64,000 nt of DNA from Rickettsiales bacterium. Its GTDB lineage: Bacteria; Pseudomonadota; Alphaproteobacteria; Rickettsiales; JABSSG01. This document shows positions 51,599 to 61,500 of this stretch, in pieces. The first letter of the stretch is position 1. Each line of letters begins with the position of its first letter. The stretch spans positions 9,571 through 73,570 of the forward strand of contig JAGORE010000002.1 in assembly GCA_018062985.1 (NCBI GenBank). The letters are read 5' to 3'. The notes beneath the pieces are model-generated. The model was not told the DNA's origin and did no database searches. It was given only the letters and a program-made list of their open reading frames with translations. The translations under genes and the position numbers were made by a program.

Positions 51599-52849
51599 TT
51601 ACACCAAAGCTTTGCGATATGTTTCTTTGTAATACTTTAAGGTAATTAAAGTTAGAACCACAAACAAAATGATATACATAGCTATCGAATCAGTTCTAAT
51701 ATTTGTGACCAACCAGGTAGCAACCAAAGGTGCTGTTCCACCAAATAACGCTGCCGATAAATTATAAGATAGCGCCACACCAGTGAATCTAACTCTGGTA
51801 GGGAATAACTCTACTAATACCGCTGGAATTGGCCCCATATAAGCACCAACTAATATAGCAAAGATCACTTGTGATACTATTGCCATATTAAAATTACCTA
51901 AATGCAATAACCAGATTATAGGATAGATAAATAAAACAATACCATAAGCCGAGTATCTCATTACTTTCTTTCTACCATATATATCAGAAAAATAAGCACT
52001 GATAGGTAAAATAATGATCAATATAGATAAACTCATCAAATTTATATTAAGTGCTTCGTTATAAGAAAACCCCATATATTTTGACATATATGACTGAATA
52101 AAAATTGTCAAACTATAGAAAGGTACAGTAACTGTAAGATAAAGACCAATAGCTATAAATAGTGGAGGTAAATATTCATTAAAAATCTCACGCACAGGTT
52201 TTTGTGATAAACTCTTCTTTTCTTTTGCTTTTATATATATAGGACTTTCACGCAAGCCCAATCTGACGTATATACCTATTATTGCAATAACAATTCCTAT
52301 CAAAAATGGAATGCGCCACCCCCAGGTTTCAAAACTCTCTACAGGCATACATTTTGATACTAAAATGGCGACAACAGAACCAAGTAACATTCCAAGCACC
52401 AAACTAATCATACTGACGCTACCAATTAACCCTCTTTTGTTCATTGGTGAATATTCAACCAAGAATGCTATACAACCACTAAACTCGCCGCCAATTGATG
52501 CACCTTGTATCAAGCGAATCAAACATAAAATGATAGGAGCCCATATACCAATCTGGTCATAAGTAGGCAATACACCTATTAATGCTGTTGGTAAAGCCAT
52601 CATTAATATAGAGACTACTAAAGACACTTTTCGACCATATCTATCACCAATATACCCAAAAATTATCCCACCTATAGGCCTCATCAAGAAACCTGTAGCA
52701 AAAATTGTGTATGTGGCAACCATTCCTACATAAGAATCGTGTTGTGGAAAAAATAACTTACTTAAAATTACAGCAAACTGACCAAATAATGCAAAATCAT
52801 ACCATTCCAATGCGTTACCTATCATACACGCAGCGATTACTTTTTTCAT
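51599..52849 (-). CDS. MFS transporter, ProP-like metabolite/H+ symporter family
   Basis: 416 aa, 12 TM. GNALEWYDFALFG, GYIGDRYGRK. The stop abuts the queH start. Confidence 0.8.
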   Translation of the reverse strand: MKKVIAACMIGNALEWYDFALFGQFAVILSKLFFPQHDSYVGMVATYTIFATGFLMRPIGGIIFGYIGDRYGRKVSLVVSILMMALPTALIGVLPTYDQIGIWAPIILCLIRLIQGASIGGEFSGCIAFLVEYSPMNKRGLIGSVSMISLVLGMLLGSVVAILVSKCMPVESFETWGWRIPFLIGIVIAIIGIYVRLGLRESPIYIKAKEKKSLSQKPVREIFNEYLPPLFIAIGLYLTVTVPFYSLTIFIQSYMSKYMGFSYNEALNINLMSLSILIIILPISAYFSDIYGRKKVMRYSAYGIVLFIYPIIWLLHLGNFNMAIVSQVIFAILVGAYMGPIPAVLVELFPTRVRFTGVALSYNLSAALFGGTAPLVATWLVTNIRTDSIAMYIILFVVLTLITLKYYKETYRKALV

Positions 52850-52869
52850 AAGACCTCCTTTAGATCACC

Positions 52870-53700
52870 TTAATCAAGAGTTAATTTGTTCATTATATAT
52901 TTTGGATAACATTTATATTGTTGACATAAGCTAAGGATTTGTATTTTATCTTTTTTTTGTATGTTTTTATGAATCCCATTTCCAAGAACCAACAAAGAAT
53001 CTATGCGTTGATCATGAGCACCCTTTATATCCGTACCTACCGCATCCCCTACAGCCAACATACTTTTTAAAGAACCATTTTTTGATAAAATAAAATCATA
53101 TACGCCTTTATAAGGTTTACCAAAATAAATTACATCTCCACCTAATTTTTCATACCGCATTGCATAATAACCAGGTGTATAGAATTTTGTCTGCCCGTGA
53201 AAAACTTCAAGATCAGGATTAATACAGACCGCACGAATCCCTCTTTGAACAGCCTCTATCATTATATCTTTCCAAACTCCCATATCTTGAGTTTGATCGC
53301 TTAGAGTGATTAACAAATAATCAGCATCAGCAAGATTATCAGACACCCGAATATTAAACCCCTCTAATACTGTACTATCATTTCCTATTAAGAAAAACTT
53401 CTGTAATCCATATTCACTTGTAGACAGCAAATGAGAAAAATATTCTCCGGAAGTAATTATGTCATTTACTTCTAGATCTAAACCACATTTAGCTAATCTT
53501 TCTTTCGAGACAATCGAACGACGAGGAGAGTTAGATAAAAACTTGACAGTTTTATTACAACGACGTAATTCACTTAAAACCAACAAAAACTCTGGGAAAA
53601 TAGAGTTACCATCATAGATGGTTCCCCAAAGATCAAAAATAAAGGTATCGTAACTAGGCATGAGAGTTCTAACGCCCTCAATATCTACAAAACTATGCAT
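52870..53700 (-). CDS. HAD-superfamily hydrolase, subfamily IIA (TIGR01459-like)
   Basis: [15 protein letters not shown] (DxxG nucleophile motif), [21 protein letters not shown]. The likely start MHSF at 53700 is 6 nt after the rplS stop. Confidence 0.7.
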   Translation of the reverse strand: MHSFVDIEGVRTLMPSYDTFIFDLWGTIYDGNSIFPEFLLVLSELRRCNKTVKFLSNSPRRSIVSKERLAKCGLDLEVNDIITSGEYFSHLLSTSEYGLQKFFLIGNDSTVLEGFNIRVSDNLADADYLLITLSDQTQDMGVWKDIMIEAVQRGIRAVCINPDLEVFHGQTKFYTPGYYAMRYEKLGGDVIYFGKPYKGVYDFILSKNGSLKSMLAVGDAVGTDIKGAHDQRIDSLLVLGNGIHKNIQKKDKIQILSLCQQYKCYPKYIMNKLTLD

Positions 53701-54070
53701 TAGGTGTTTTATTAATGATAACTTCCTTAATACGGGAAGCCTTACCACTCAGATTTCTAATATAGTATAGCTTGGCTCTACGAACAACACCACGCTTTAT
53801 TACTTTGATGCTTTCAATACGAGGCGAGTACAACGCAAAGGTTCTTTCTACACCTTCGCCATCACTAATTTTTCTTACAGTAATAGATGAGCCAATACCA
53901 CGACTTGTACGAGAAATACACAGACCTTCATATGCCTGAATTCTTTCAGAAGCCCCTTCTATAATTTTTACGTTAACACGTATAGTGTCTCCTGATTTAA
54001 AATCAGGCATTTCTTTTCCAGAAGATAATTTCTCTATCTGTTCCTTTTCAAAGGCTTGAACAATATTCAT
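53693..54070 (-). CDS. rplS: 50S ribosomal protein L19
   Basis: [32 protein letters not shown]...[28 protein letters not shown]. Likely start is MNIV at 54070. Confidence 0.93.
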   Translation of the reverse strand: MNIVQAFEKEQIEKLSSGKEMPDFKSGDTIRVNVKIIEGASERIQAYEGLCISRTSRGIGSSITVRKISDGEGVERTFALYSPRIESIKVIKRGVVRRAKLYYIRNLSGKASRIKEVIINKTPNA

Positions 54071-54153
54071 AGCAACTACCATAAATGATTTACATACTGT
54101 TTTTTTTCAAGATATAGTGTTTTTTAAAAAATGCAACTTAAAAAGTAACTAGT

Positions 54154-55341
54154 TCATCTTCTAAGAAACACTTTATAAACCAATAACATTAAAATACTTA
54201 ATGACAAAAAATATACAGGCATAACGATAAGAGTCCCATTATGCAAGATTCCCATTAACAATGTAAAAAGTGAAATTAAACTATAATAAGTAAACCCAAA
54301 AACACTAGATGCTGTACCAACACACCATTTAAAATCAACCAACGCAATTGAAAGAGCGTTGCTTACTGCCAAGACAAAACCAAACATATTTCCAAACTGA
54401 GTGAGTATCGTACAAATAATTACAATAGATTTTATCATTACATAATATTGATTAATAAACGCAACAACGCTTAAAATTAAACTGGAAAAAAAGATAATAA
54501 AAATTCCTATATATATAATACTTTGACTGCCATACTTAGCCTGCATTTTTTTTGAGTACAGCGCACCAAAAATTGTAGCAAAAGCTGTGAGTACAAACGT
54601 CATACCGTACTGCCTAGGCGTTAAACCAAGTTCACTGATTAGATAAAAAGGACCTTCTGCAAAATAGCTAAACACAATGCCATTACATGCAGATACAATT
54701 ATCGACAAACTCATCACATGTTTATTTTTTATCAATAACGAAAATATTTCTAAAAAATTCATTTTTGCTCTCTTTTCACGAGCATGTGTTTCTGGTAAAA
54801 AAAATACCGTAATCACAAATATCACAAAAGCAACTAAAGCCAACACCATAAAAATGTTATGCCAATTATAAAGCTCGGTAATAACACCTCCAATAACTGG
54901 TCCAATAACAGGAAAAAATGCTAGTGCCATTGCAACAGTGGAATAGGCTTTGCCAAGATCATAGCCATGAAAAGCATCTCTACATATAGCTTGCCCCAAA
55001 ACACTGCCTATGCTCCCACCAAAACCTTGAATAAACCTTCCGAACATTAACATAGTAAAACTAGATGCAAAGAAACATTCTAGACTACCAAATATAAATA
55101 TTATTATTCCATATAATACGCATATTTTTCTACCAAATAAATCAGATAACCACCCCCAAAATAAAGTCCCAATTGCAAAACTAAAAAGATATATGGTTAA
55201 AGTGTATTCAGCAGACGAATGTGAAACATGAAAAAATTCTGCCAAACTTGGCAACGAAGGTGTATAGACAGTTTCAGATAACTGTGGAATTCCCACTATT
55301 AATATAATCAGCCACAAAGGAGGAAGCTTTTTTAAAATCAT
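54154..55341 (-). CDS. MFS transporter, Bcr/CflA drug-resistance subfamily
   Basis: 395 aa, 12 TM. TVYTPSLPSLAEFF, LSDLFGRK, FIQGFGGS. Confidence 0.8.
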   Translation of the reverse strand: MILKKLPPLWLIILIVGIPQLSETVYTPSLPSLAEFFHVSHSSAEYTLTIYLFSFAIGTLFWGWLSDLFGRKICVLYGIIIFIFGSLECFFASSFTMLMFGRFIQGFGGSIGSVLGQAICRDAFHGYDLGKAYSTVAMALAFFPVIGPVIGGVITELYNWHNIFMVLALVAFVIFVITVFFLPETHAREKRAKMNFLEIFSLLIKNKHVMSLSIIVSACNGIVFSYFAEGPFYLISELGLTPRQYGMTFVLTAFATIFGALYSKKMQAKYGSQSIIYIGIFIIFFSSLILSVVAFINQYYVMIKSIVIICTILTQFGNMFGFVLAVSNALSIALVDFKWCVGTASSVFGFTYYSLISLFTLLMGILHNGTLIVMPVYFLSLSILMLLVYKVFLRR

Positions 55342-55383
55342 ATACTCTACTAAATATTTTTAAACAAAAACCACTACTAAAAA

Positions 55384-56109
55384 TTAGTCTTTTCCTAGTT
55401 TGCTGTAAAGATCCAACCGCTGCTGTTTTGTCTTTTCTAAGGCTTGCTTCATCCGCCACTCCTGAATTGAAGCATGATTCCCACTAAATAGAATCTCAGG
55501 GACTTTCATTCCTCGCCATTCTTGAGGTTTAGTATAATGAGGATACTCAAGAATATTACTATGATCAATTCCAATAGAAAAGCTTTCCTCTTCGGCTGAT
55601 TCAGTATTACCCAGCACACCTGGTAAAAGTCTCACGCAACTATCTATCAACACTTGAGCAGCAATCTCTCCTCCAGATAGAATGTAATCACCTATGCTAA
55701 CCTCTTCTATGTTATAATACTCTATTACCCTTTCATCAATACCTTCAAATCTTCCACAAATTATTATTATTTTTTGAGACGAAGAAATATTTTGTGAAAG
55801 TTTCTGATTTAGCACTACCCCCCTAGGAGACATATATATAACACGATAACTCTGACCGCTCCACTCCTGCAAGGAGTTGTCTATCGCATCGCCCAATACG
55901 TCTGGCTTTAGAAGCATACCACTCCCTCCACCAATGACATACTCATCTACATGCTTGTGCTTATCTTTAGCAAAATCACGTATATTAATTACATCAAGTT
56001 TCCAGATATCCTCAGATAAAGATCTATTCAATACAGATACCCCTAGTGTTCCCGGAAATAACTCAGGAAAAATTGTTAAAACTTTCACATGAAATTTAGC
56101 GAGAGACAT
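55384..56109 (-). CDS. trmD: tRNA (guanine37-N1)-methyltransferase
   Basis: VLTIFPELFPG, CGRFEGIDERV, SIGDYILSGGE, LEYPHYTKP. Confidence 0.93.
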   Translation of the reverse strand: MSLAKFHVKVLTIFPELFPGTLGVSVLNRSLSEDIWKLDVINIRDFAKDKHKHVDEYVIGGGSGMLLKPDVLGDAIDNSLQEWSGQSYRVIYMSPRGVVLNQKLSQNISSSQKIIIICGRFEGIDERVIEYYNIEEVSIGDYILSGGEIAAQVLIDSCVRLLPGVLGNTESAEEESFSIGIDHSNILEYPHYTKPQEWRGMKVPEILFSGNHASIQEWRMKQALEKTKQQRLDLYSKLGKD

Positions 56110-56944
56110 AACTAGCTTGTGTATTGTCTTGAGGAAATTGCTTTAAATAAGCCTGCATCTGACGATTATTTGTAATATACGCATAATCTATGGCTGCATT
56201 TCCAAATTTATCACGATGATGAAAATTGCAATCTTTATGCTCTGCTATTAGCCTCAATATTTTCATATTGCCTGTACGAGCAGCTATAATAAAAGCTGTT
56301 CCTCCATATTTGTTAACAATATTGAGGTTAATTCCCCTTTTTATTAAAAGCTCAGCAATATGATTTTGCTTATGTAATATTGCATAAGACAATAAATTAT
56401 AACCGTCGTCACTAGTAGCATTAATTAGATTGTAATTATCCAGCAATGCTCTTAATGCAACAACATCTCCTTTGGCAACAGCACCAAATAACAACTCTCG
56501 AAGCTGCGACACATATAATGGCTGAGGTATGTGCTCGCTCTCATCATACACTTTAGATGGCAAATAATTTGTTTTATAGTTTGTGGAGAGAAAATCTTTT
56601 ATCTCTTGTATGGAATTTCTTTCTTTTGTGGTTTTTTCAACATTCTTAAAAAGTAATACCCCAGGAATAATTGTACTGCTGAATTCTTGTATCCCAACAG
56701 TCACTTCTGGATTTACAAAATCAAAAGACGATGCATCTTTTGTATCATCTATATTGTTTGTAAGCTCTTGTACAAAATAATATAACCGACCATAATTATC
56801 ACGAAAATTTTCTAACAAAGTTTTATCACGCTTCTTAACTGCCGATATATCAGGAAGAACATGTACTATTTCAGTAGCAGCAAAAGATCTACACATTGAA
56901 ATACACAACACTACTACTAAAAATACCCTAGTTACAAACATCAC
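56096..56944 (-). CDS. ankyrin-repeat protein with N-terminal Sec signal peptide
   Basis: MMFVTRVFLVVVLCISMCRSFA|ATE. The C-terminal half holds >=3 ANK repeats (DGYNLLSYAILHKQNHIAELLIKRGINLN / KYGGTAFIIAARTGNMKILRLIAEH / KFGNAAIDYAYI). The stop overlaps the trmD start by 14 nt. Confidence 0.75.
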   Translation of the reverse strand: MMFVTRVFLVVVLCISMCRSFAATEIVHVLPDISAVKKRDKTLLENFRDNYGRLYYFVQELTNNIDDTKDASSFDFVNPEVTVGIQEFSSTIIPGVLLFKNVEKTTKERNSIQEIKDFLSTNYKTNYLPSKVYDESEHIPQPLYVSQLRELLFGAVAKGDVVALRALLDNYNLINATSDDGYNLLSYAILHKQNHIAELLIKRGINLNIVNKYGGTAFIIAARTGNMKILRLIAEHKDCNFHHRDKFGNAAIDYAYITNNRQMQAYLKQFPQDNTQASYVSR

Positions 56945-56988
56945 TTACAACGTCTCCTAAACATACCCCAAATACTCAGCATAACTAT

Positions 56989-57393
56989 TTATTTTATACG
57001 CTCCAACACTCTTTTTATTTCTTGCTCTAAAATTTCCTTAACAAGTCTAGATATATTATTATTAAGCCACGACTTAAGATATGGTCTTAGCGCATCCTTA
57101 AACACTTCTCTTATCTCATCTTCTGACATAAAGTAGTTTTTGCTTTTTAAGTTTCCCAAATGCTGAGAAAAAGACTGTATATAATTAGAAAGCAAGCTGA
57201 GATCATGATCATTGATAATCATATCTGCAATATCACCATGATGCTCAGATACTATTTCTGTCAGCTCCACAATTTCACTCTCCGAACTATGCTTCTTAGC
57301 TTGAGTATCCATAGATTTTTTTATTTTATCTAAAATAACATCTATCGACTCTAATTCCTTATCTTTCAAAATATTCTTAGACATCATGATCAT
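56989..57393 (-). CDS. DUF2497 / PopZ-like protein (short form)
   Basis: 134 aa, acidic. The C-terminus ALRPYLKSWLNNNISRLVKEILEQEIKRVLERI resembles the conserved PopZ/DUF2497 C-terminal helices (LRP.L..WLD.NLP..VE..V..EI.R). Located next to tolC, as in other alphaproteobacteria. Confidence 0.5.
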   Translation of the reverse strand: MIMMSKNILKDKELESIDVILDKIKKSMDTQAKKHSSESEIVELTEIVSEHHGDIADMIINDHDLSLLSNYIQSFSQHLGNLKSKNYFMSEDEIREVFKDALRPYLKSWLNNNISRLVKEILEQEIKRVLERIK

Positions 57394-57402
57394 GATATTT
57401 TA

Positions 57403-58764
57403 TTAGTATGCCCCTATTAACTGGAATTTTATTCTATTATAATTTACTAAAGGATCGTAGTGCTTAACCTTAAGATTTAACCCTTGAGCTGTACATTCTC
57501 CTAAAGCAGCTTTCAGACCATATAACGACAACCAATATTGCATCTGTGCATCGATATATCTTTCACAAGTACTATAGTACTCGTTATGAGCAATAACCAC
57601 ATCAATAGAAGCTCTGATCCCCGCTTTTTCTTCTTGTTTTGCCCCGTCATAAGCTAGTTTTGAAGCTAACATAGCTTCTTTTGTACTTTTTAATACATCT
57701 TTTGCAGAATCAGTAGAGAACCAACTAGCCGTTACACTTTCCATTACTTCATTACTGGCATTGATGGCACTATATTCGTTTTTCTTATTTTCGCTTTTTG
57801 CAGCTCTCACTTTTGACCAGTTACTGCCACCATCAAAAATTGGTACTGTTACTTGTAAAGAAGTAATTTGGTTCAGTTTATAACCTTCATTCCTACTTTT
57901 TACAGGCGCATGATCTAAATCGTCAACTTGGTGTTTCAGGTCTATTGAAGGAAGCAACCTACCCATATTTGCTTTAACTTGCTCACGCGATACTTGCTTC
58001 ATAAAGTTTGCCACAAGAACCTTAGGGTTTTGTTTTAACCCTATAGCAACAGCATCATCAACATTTGCAGGGTGCTTAACCTCTTTCTCAGAAGCTAATA
58101 ACACAAGGTTATCCCCTTCTATACCAGTAATATTTTTAAATTTAGCTTTTTCTGAAAGCAACTCAGCCCAATTCCTAGACTTACGAGCTTTATACTCAGC
58201 ATAGGCGCTTTGAGCTCTTGCCACATCAGTTTTTGTCACTTCACCAACCTTAAACCTCTCTTGTGTAGCATTCACATAGTCTTTTGTTTCTTTTTCCATT
58301 CTTTTAGCATTGCTATATTTGCTATCTAACGCATTTAATTTTAAAAATGATTCCACAACACCTAGCAATACTATTTGCTCTTTTTGTTTTAGCTCTGCTC
58401 TTGAAGCTTCTATAGAATTACGTGCAGCAATTAAAGAAGCCATATCAGACCCGCCACGGAATAAGTTTTGTGACAACATAAAAGTGCCGGTTATTCCGTT
58501 TATTTTAGTCGTAGTAGCGCCAGCATCAGCCGCACTCTGAGATGGCGTTTGCTTGCCGTTTCGTTTTTCTTTAGCAACACTAACAGATGGAAGCATTCTT
58601 GAAATTACTTCCATAACCTGCTCATCTCTTACTTTCAAGGTCTCTCTATTTTCTTTCAAAGCAACGTTATTTTCATACGCAGCTTCTAAAGCTTCAGTCA
58701 AAGTTGTAGCTAACGCATTGCAACTGAAGTACAAAGAAAATAATAACACTACAAATCTATTCAT
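57403..58764 (-). CDS. tolC: TolC-family outer-membrane channel (type I secretion/efflux duct)
   Basis: Signal peptide MNRFVVLLFSLYFSCNALA (start at 58764 preferred), then TLTEALEAAYENNVALK and two tandem TolC repeats. Confidence 0.85.
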   Translation of the reverse strand: MNRFVVLLFSLYFSCNALATTLTEALEAAYENNVALKENRETLKVRDEQVMEVISRMLPSVSVAKEKRNGKQTPSQSAADAGATTTKINGITGTFMLSQNLFRGGSDMASLIAARNSIEASRAELKQKEQIVLLGVVESFLKLNALDSKYSNAKRMEKETKDYVNATQERFKVGEVTKTDVARAQSAYAEYKARKSRNWAELLSEKAKFKNITGIEGDNLVLLASEKEVKHPANVDDAVAIGLKQNPKVLVANFMKQVSREQVKANMGRLLPSIDLKHQVDDLDHAPVKSRNEGYKLNQITSLQVTVPIFDGGSNWSKVRAAKSENKKNEYSAINASNEVMESVTASWFSTDSAKDVLKSTKEAMLASKLAYDGAKQEEKAGIRASIDVVIAHNEYYSTCERYIDAQMQYWLSLYGLKAALGECTAQGLNLKVKHYDPLVNYNRIKFQLIGAY

Positions 58765-58869
58765 GGTTTTTCCTTCGTTTTTTATATTATACATAATTAA
58801 TCACAAAAAAAAAGTGCTTGCAAAATATTGATTTGAACAATATTAATGTTAGATAATTAATTTCACTAA

Positions 58870-58943
58870 GGCCGGATAGCAAAGTGGTAATGCCGTGGAC
58901 TGCAAATCCTCTATCGCCGGTTCGATTCCGGCTCTGGCCTCCA
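58870..58943 (+). tRNA. tRNA-Cys (anticodon GCA), CCA encoded
   Basis: GGCCGGATAGCAAAGTGGTAATGCCGTGGACTGCAAATCCTCTATCGCCGGTTCGATTCCGGCTCTGGCCTCCA. Anticodon loop CTGCAAA. One T-T mismatch in the anticodon stem. Confidence 0.88.
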
Positions 58944-59008
58944 GAAATTAATTTGTACTTATTGCAATAATTTCTTATACTACATAATAATTCATATGTA
59001 AGAATACA

Positions 59009-59926
59009 ATGCAAGAGTTATTAAATCAGTTTCTTGAGATAATTTTTATAGAAAAAGGAGCATCTGTAAACACCATTTCTTCTTATAAGAACGACCTCAA
59101 AGACTTCAAAACCTTCATTGATTCCAAGTCAACAACACTTGAAGATGTTACAGAGACAACCGTTAGAAATTTTGTACAAGAACTCACCAAAAAACAATTG
59201 TCTGCAAAATCTATTGCCAGAAAAATATCAGCACTGAGACATTTTTTCTTATTTTTATACCAAGAAAAAATCATTAAACATAATCCAACTTTGAGTATCG
59301 ATATACCAAAAATGTCACGTACTATTCCACAAGTTTTTAGTGAAAATGACATTGAAACATTATTAAACCACTGTTACAAAAACACTACACAAGCCGGAAT
59401 TAGAAACACAGCAATGTTAGAACTGTTATATGCTTCTGGCATGAGGGTCTCTGAATTAATATCACTAAAAATTCAACAACTTAAAATACAAAAGCAAAAT
59501 AACGAAATCCTTCCATATATTTTGATAAAAGGAAAAGGTAACAAAGAACGCATTGTTGTTTTAAACCAGAAGGCTATAGAAGCGCTACAAAAATATCTCC
59601 ACATCATTCGGTTGTTTTCTAATAACCCAGACAATCTCTGGCTATTTCCTTCAAAGACTTCTATAGAGGGACACATGACAAGACAATATTTCGCTAAGAT
59701 TCTTAAAAAACTTTCTACAGAAACCAATATAGATCCAAGCAAGATATCACCCCATAAAATACGCCATTCTTTTGCAACTCACCTATTGAACAACGGCGCT
59801 GATTTAAGAACCATACAAGAACTTCTTGGACATAAAGATATCAGCACCACTCAAATTTATACACATGTTGCCAATAAAAAGTTAAAACATATTGTAGATA
59901 CATTGCATCCTTTAAATAAGAAATAA
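59009..59926 (+). CDS. xerD: site-specific tyrosine recombinase XerD
   Basis: VNTISSYKNDLKDF, RKISALRHFF, LELLYASGMRVSELISL, KGKGNKERIV, LFPS...MTRQ, PHKIRHSFATHLLNNGADLRTIQELLGHKDISTTQIYTHV. Confidence 0.88.
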   Translation: MQELLNQFLEIIFIEKGASVNTISSYKNDLKDFKTFIDSKSTTLEDVTETTVRNFVQELTKKQLSAKSIARKISALRHFFLFLYQEKIIKHNPTLSIDIPKMSRTIPQVFSENDIETLLNHCYKNTTQAGIRNTAMLELLYASGMRVSELISLKIQQLKIQKQNNEILPYILIKGKGNKERIVVLNQKAIEALQKYLHIIRLFSNNPDNLWLFPSKTSIEGHMTRQYFAKILKKLSTETNIDPSKISPHKIRHSFATHLLNNGADLRTIQELLGHKDISTTQIYTHVANKKLKHIVDTLHPLNKK

Positions 59927-60047
59927 GCAACAACACAAAAACTGTTTGGTACAACTCATAACCACAACCTTAGAACGCAGCAAATTAACTAATTATTAAT
60001 CAAAAACTACTATGATGGATTAGACAAATACATGAAGCACTCACTCT

Positions 60048-61334
60048 ATGTTTTTTAATATTAGAAATTTGATTACATCAAAACAATATTTATTGCGCAA
60101 CCCAAACACCCTAAACTGTATCTCACGTTATATAAACACTATAAGTATCGACCAAGATCTAATAAACTTTCACTATTGCATTAACAATGGCAATACTTCT
60201 ATGGCGCAATCCGAATATAGATATTTAGGCGATATTTTAATATATTTATCTATAGGCTCACTAGAAAACGTTATTTTAGATCAAAAAAGGCAAACACTTG
60301 CTGACATAATCGGTATCAACACCTCTCTAAAAACATCAAATAAGACAAGTTTAATTTCTGCTATAAATGAAGTACTAAGTACTGCTAATAATGCATTTAA
60401 TACCTCAGGTAACGGCCTTACTGCTTCAGGAAATACTATTAATGTCGGAGCTGGTAACGGAATCACTGTCAATGAAAATGATATATCCCTAACTTACCAA
60501 GTAGGAAACCTGACTACAATGAACGGCTCTCCGACTTCTGTTGTGGCAATACTTGGAACATCGGCTCTTGCAACGACTGCGACCACCATTATTGCTGCTA
60601 TAAACGAAGTAAGAGCAACTGCTAACAACGCATTTAATACCGCAAGTAATGGTCTTACCGCCTCAGGCACTAGTGTCAATATCGGAGCTAGGAATGGAAT
60701 CAAATTAGCTACAACTAGTGGCCTGACTACATATAATGGGTCACTCTCCATAGGTGCCGACAAAGGTATTACTGTTAATACCGACACTATAGAAGCAAAA
60801 ATAGATGGCACAACTGTGACGTTTAGTACAAACAATGCCCTACAAACACCTATTCTTGTTAGAAAAGCGGATAACTCAGCTGATACTACAATTGATGTAA
60901 TAGTTGGAGGAAGCACACCAACAGGGGCTGGCAAAGGATTAGCTAAACTAAACCAAGATATCACAGTAACAGATAGTGTGGTTGCGGTATCAAATTCTTT
61001 ATTTACACAAAAAATACCAACATTATTATTTCAGTGCCAAGACTCAAACTCACCAACACGAACTTTTCTTGAAAGCGTATTAAAATCACCATATAGCACG
61101 GAAATTAGCTCTTTAAGCAAGGGAAATAAATGTCTAGATTTTGCACTAAAAGTGGCAAGCGGCAACCCATCCATACACACTGTAAACGCCATATCAAAAG
61201 CAGATTGTCAGTCATTAGTTACCACACAAGTTATGAACCTGGGCAATTCAGCTTTTAAAACCGCAATGCAGGATAGCGTTTATATTGCAGGGGCTATCAC
61301 AGCAGAAGTCTGCGCCCAATTTTTTGACGTTTAA
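60048..61334 (+). CDS. fibre-like repeat protein (phage tail-fibre / adhesin-like), no signal peptide
   Basis: 428-aa ORF; the true start may be MAQSEY at 60201. T/N/S/G-rich. Holds the duplicated ~41-aa module SLISAINEVLSTANNAFNTSGNGLTASGNTINVGAGNGITV / TIIAAINEVRATANNAFNTASNGLTASGTSVNIGARNGIKL, short beta-strand repeats (GITVNTDTIEAKIDGTTVTF) and a Cys-containing C-terminal domain. Confidence 0.6.
   Translation: MFFNIRNLITSKQYLLRNPNTLNCISRYINTISIDQDLINFHYCINNGNTSMAQSEYRYLGDILIYLSIGSLENVILDQKRQTLADIIGINTSLKTSNKTSLISAINEVLSTANNAFNTSGNGLTASGNTINVGAGNGITVNENDISLTYQVGNLTTMNGSPTSVVAILGTSALATTATTIIAAINEVRATANNAFNTASNGLTASGTSVNIGARNGIKLATTSGLTTYNGSLSIGADKGITVNTDTIEAKIDGTTVTFSTNNALQTPILVRKADNSADTTIDVIVGGSTPTGAGKGLAKLNQDITVTDSVVAVSNSLFTQKIPTLLFQCQDSNSPTRTFLESVLKSPYSTEISSLSKGNKCLDFALKVASGNPSIHTVNAISKADCQSLVTTQVMNLGNSAFKTAMQDSVYIAGAITAEVCAQFFDV
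60348..60707 (+). repeat. intragenic duplication: two ~123-nt modules 237 nt apart inside the fibre-like gene
   Basis: 60348-60470 and 60585-60707 align at the DNA level, for example gctataaatgaagta...gctaataatgcatttaatacc... against gctataaacgaagta...gctaacaacgcatttaataccg... Confidence 0.8.
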
Positions 61335-61500
61335 GCATTTTTATCAAATCAATGGCGCTTCACTCTTGCAAACAATAGGTAATTATTAGTAACACACTTC
61401 TAAGCTACACTAAAATATATTAGACATGAATATTAATATTTTTTTAACAAAACATACCTAGACTTAAATACAGCGATAATACAACCTTAGAGGAAGGAAT

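Noticed and set aside
58870-59926. tRNA-Cys followed by a tyrosine recombinase, considered as a possible integrative element boundary.
   Set aside because: The recombinase has the full XerD signature (LFPS..TRQ, HKIRHSFATHLL..GADLR.IQELLGH..ISTTQIYTH) and housekeeping length. I found no repeat of the tRNA-Cys 3' end downstream. It was treated as chromosomal xerD; the adjacent fibre gene is reported separately.
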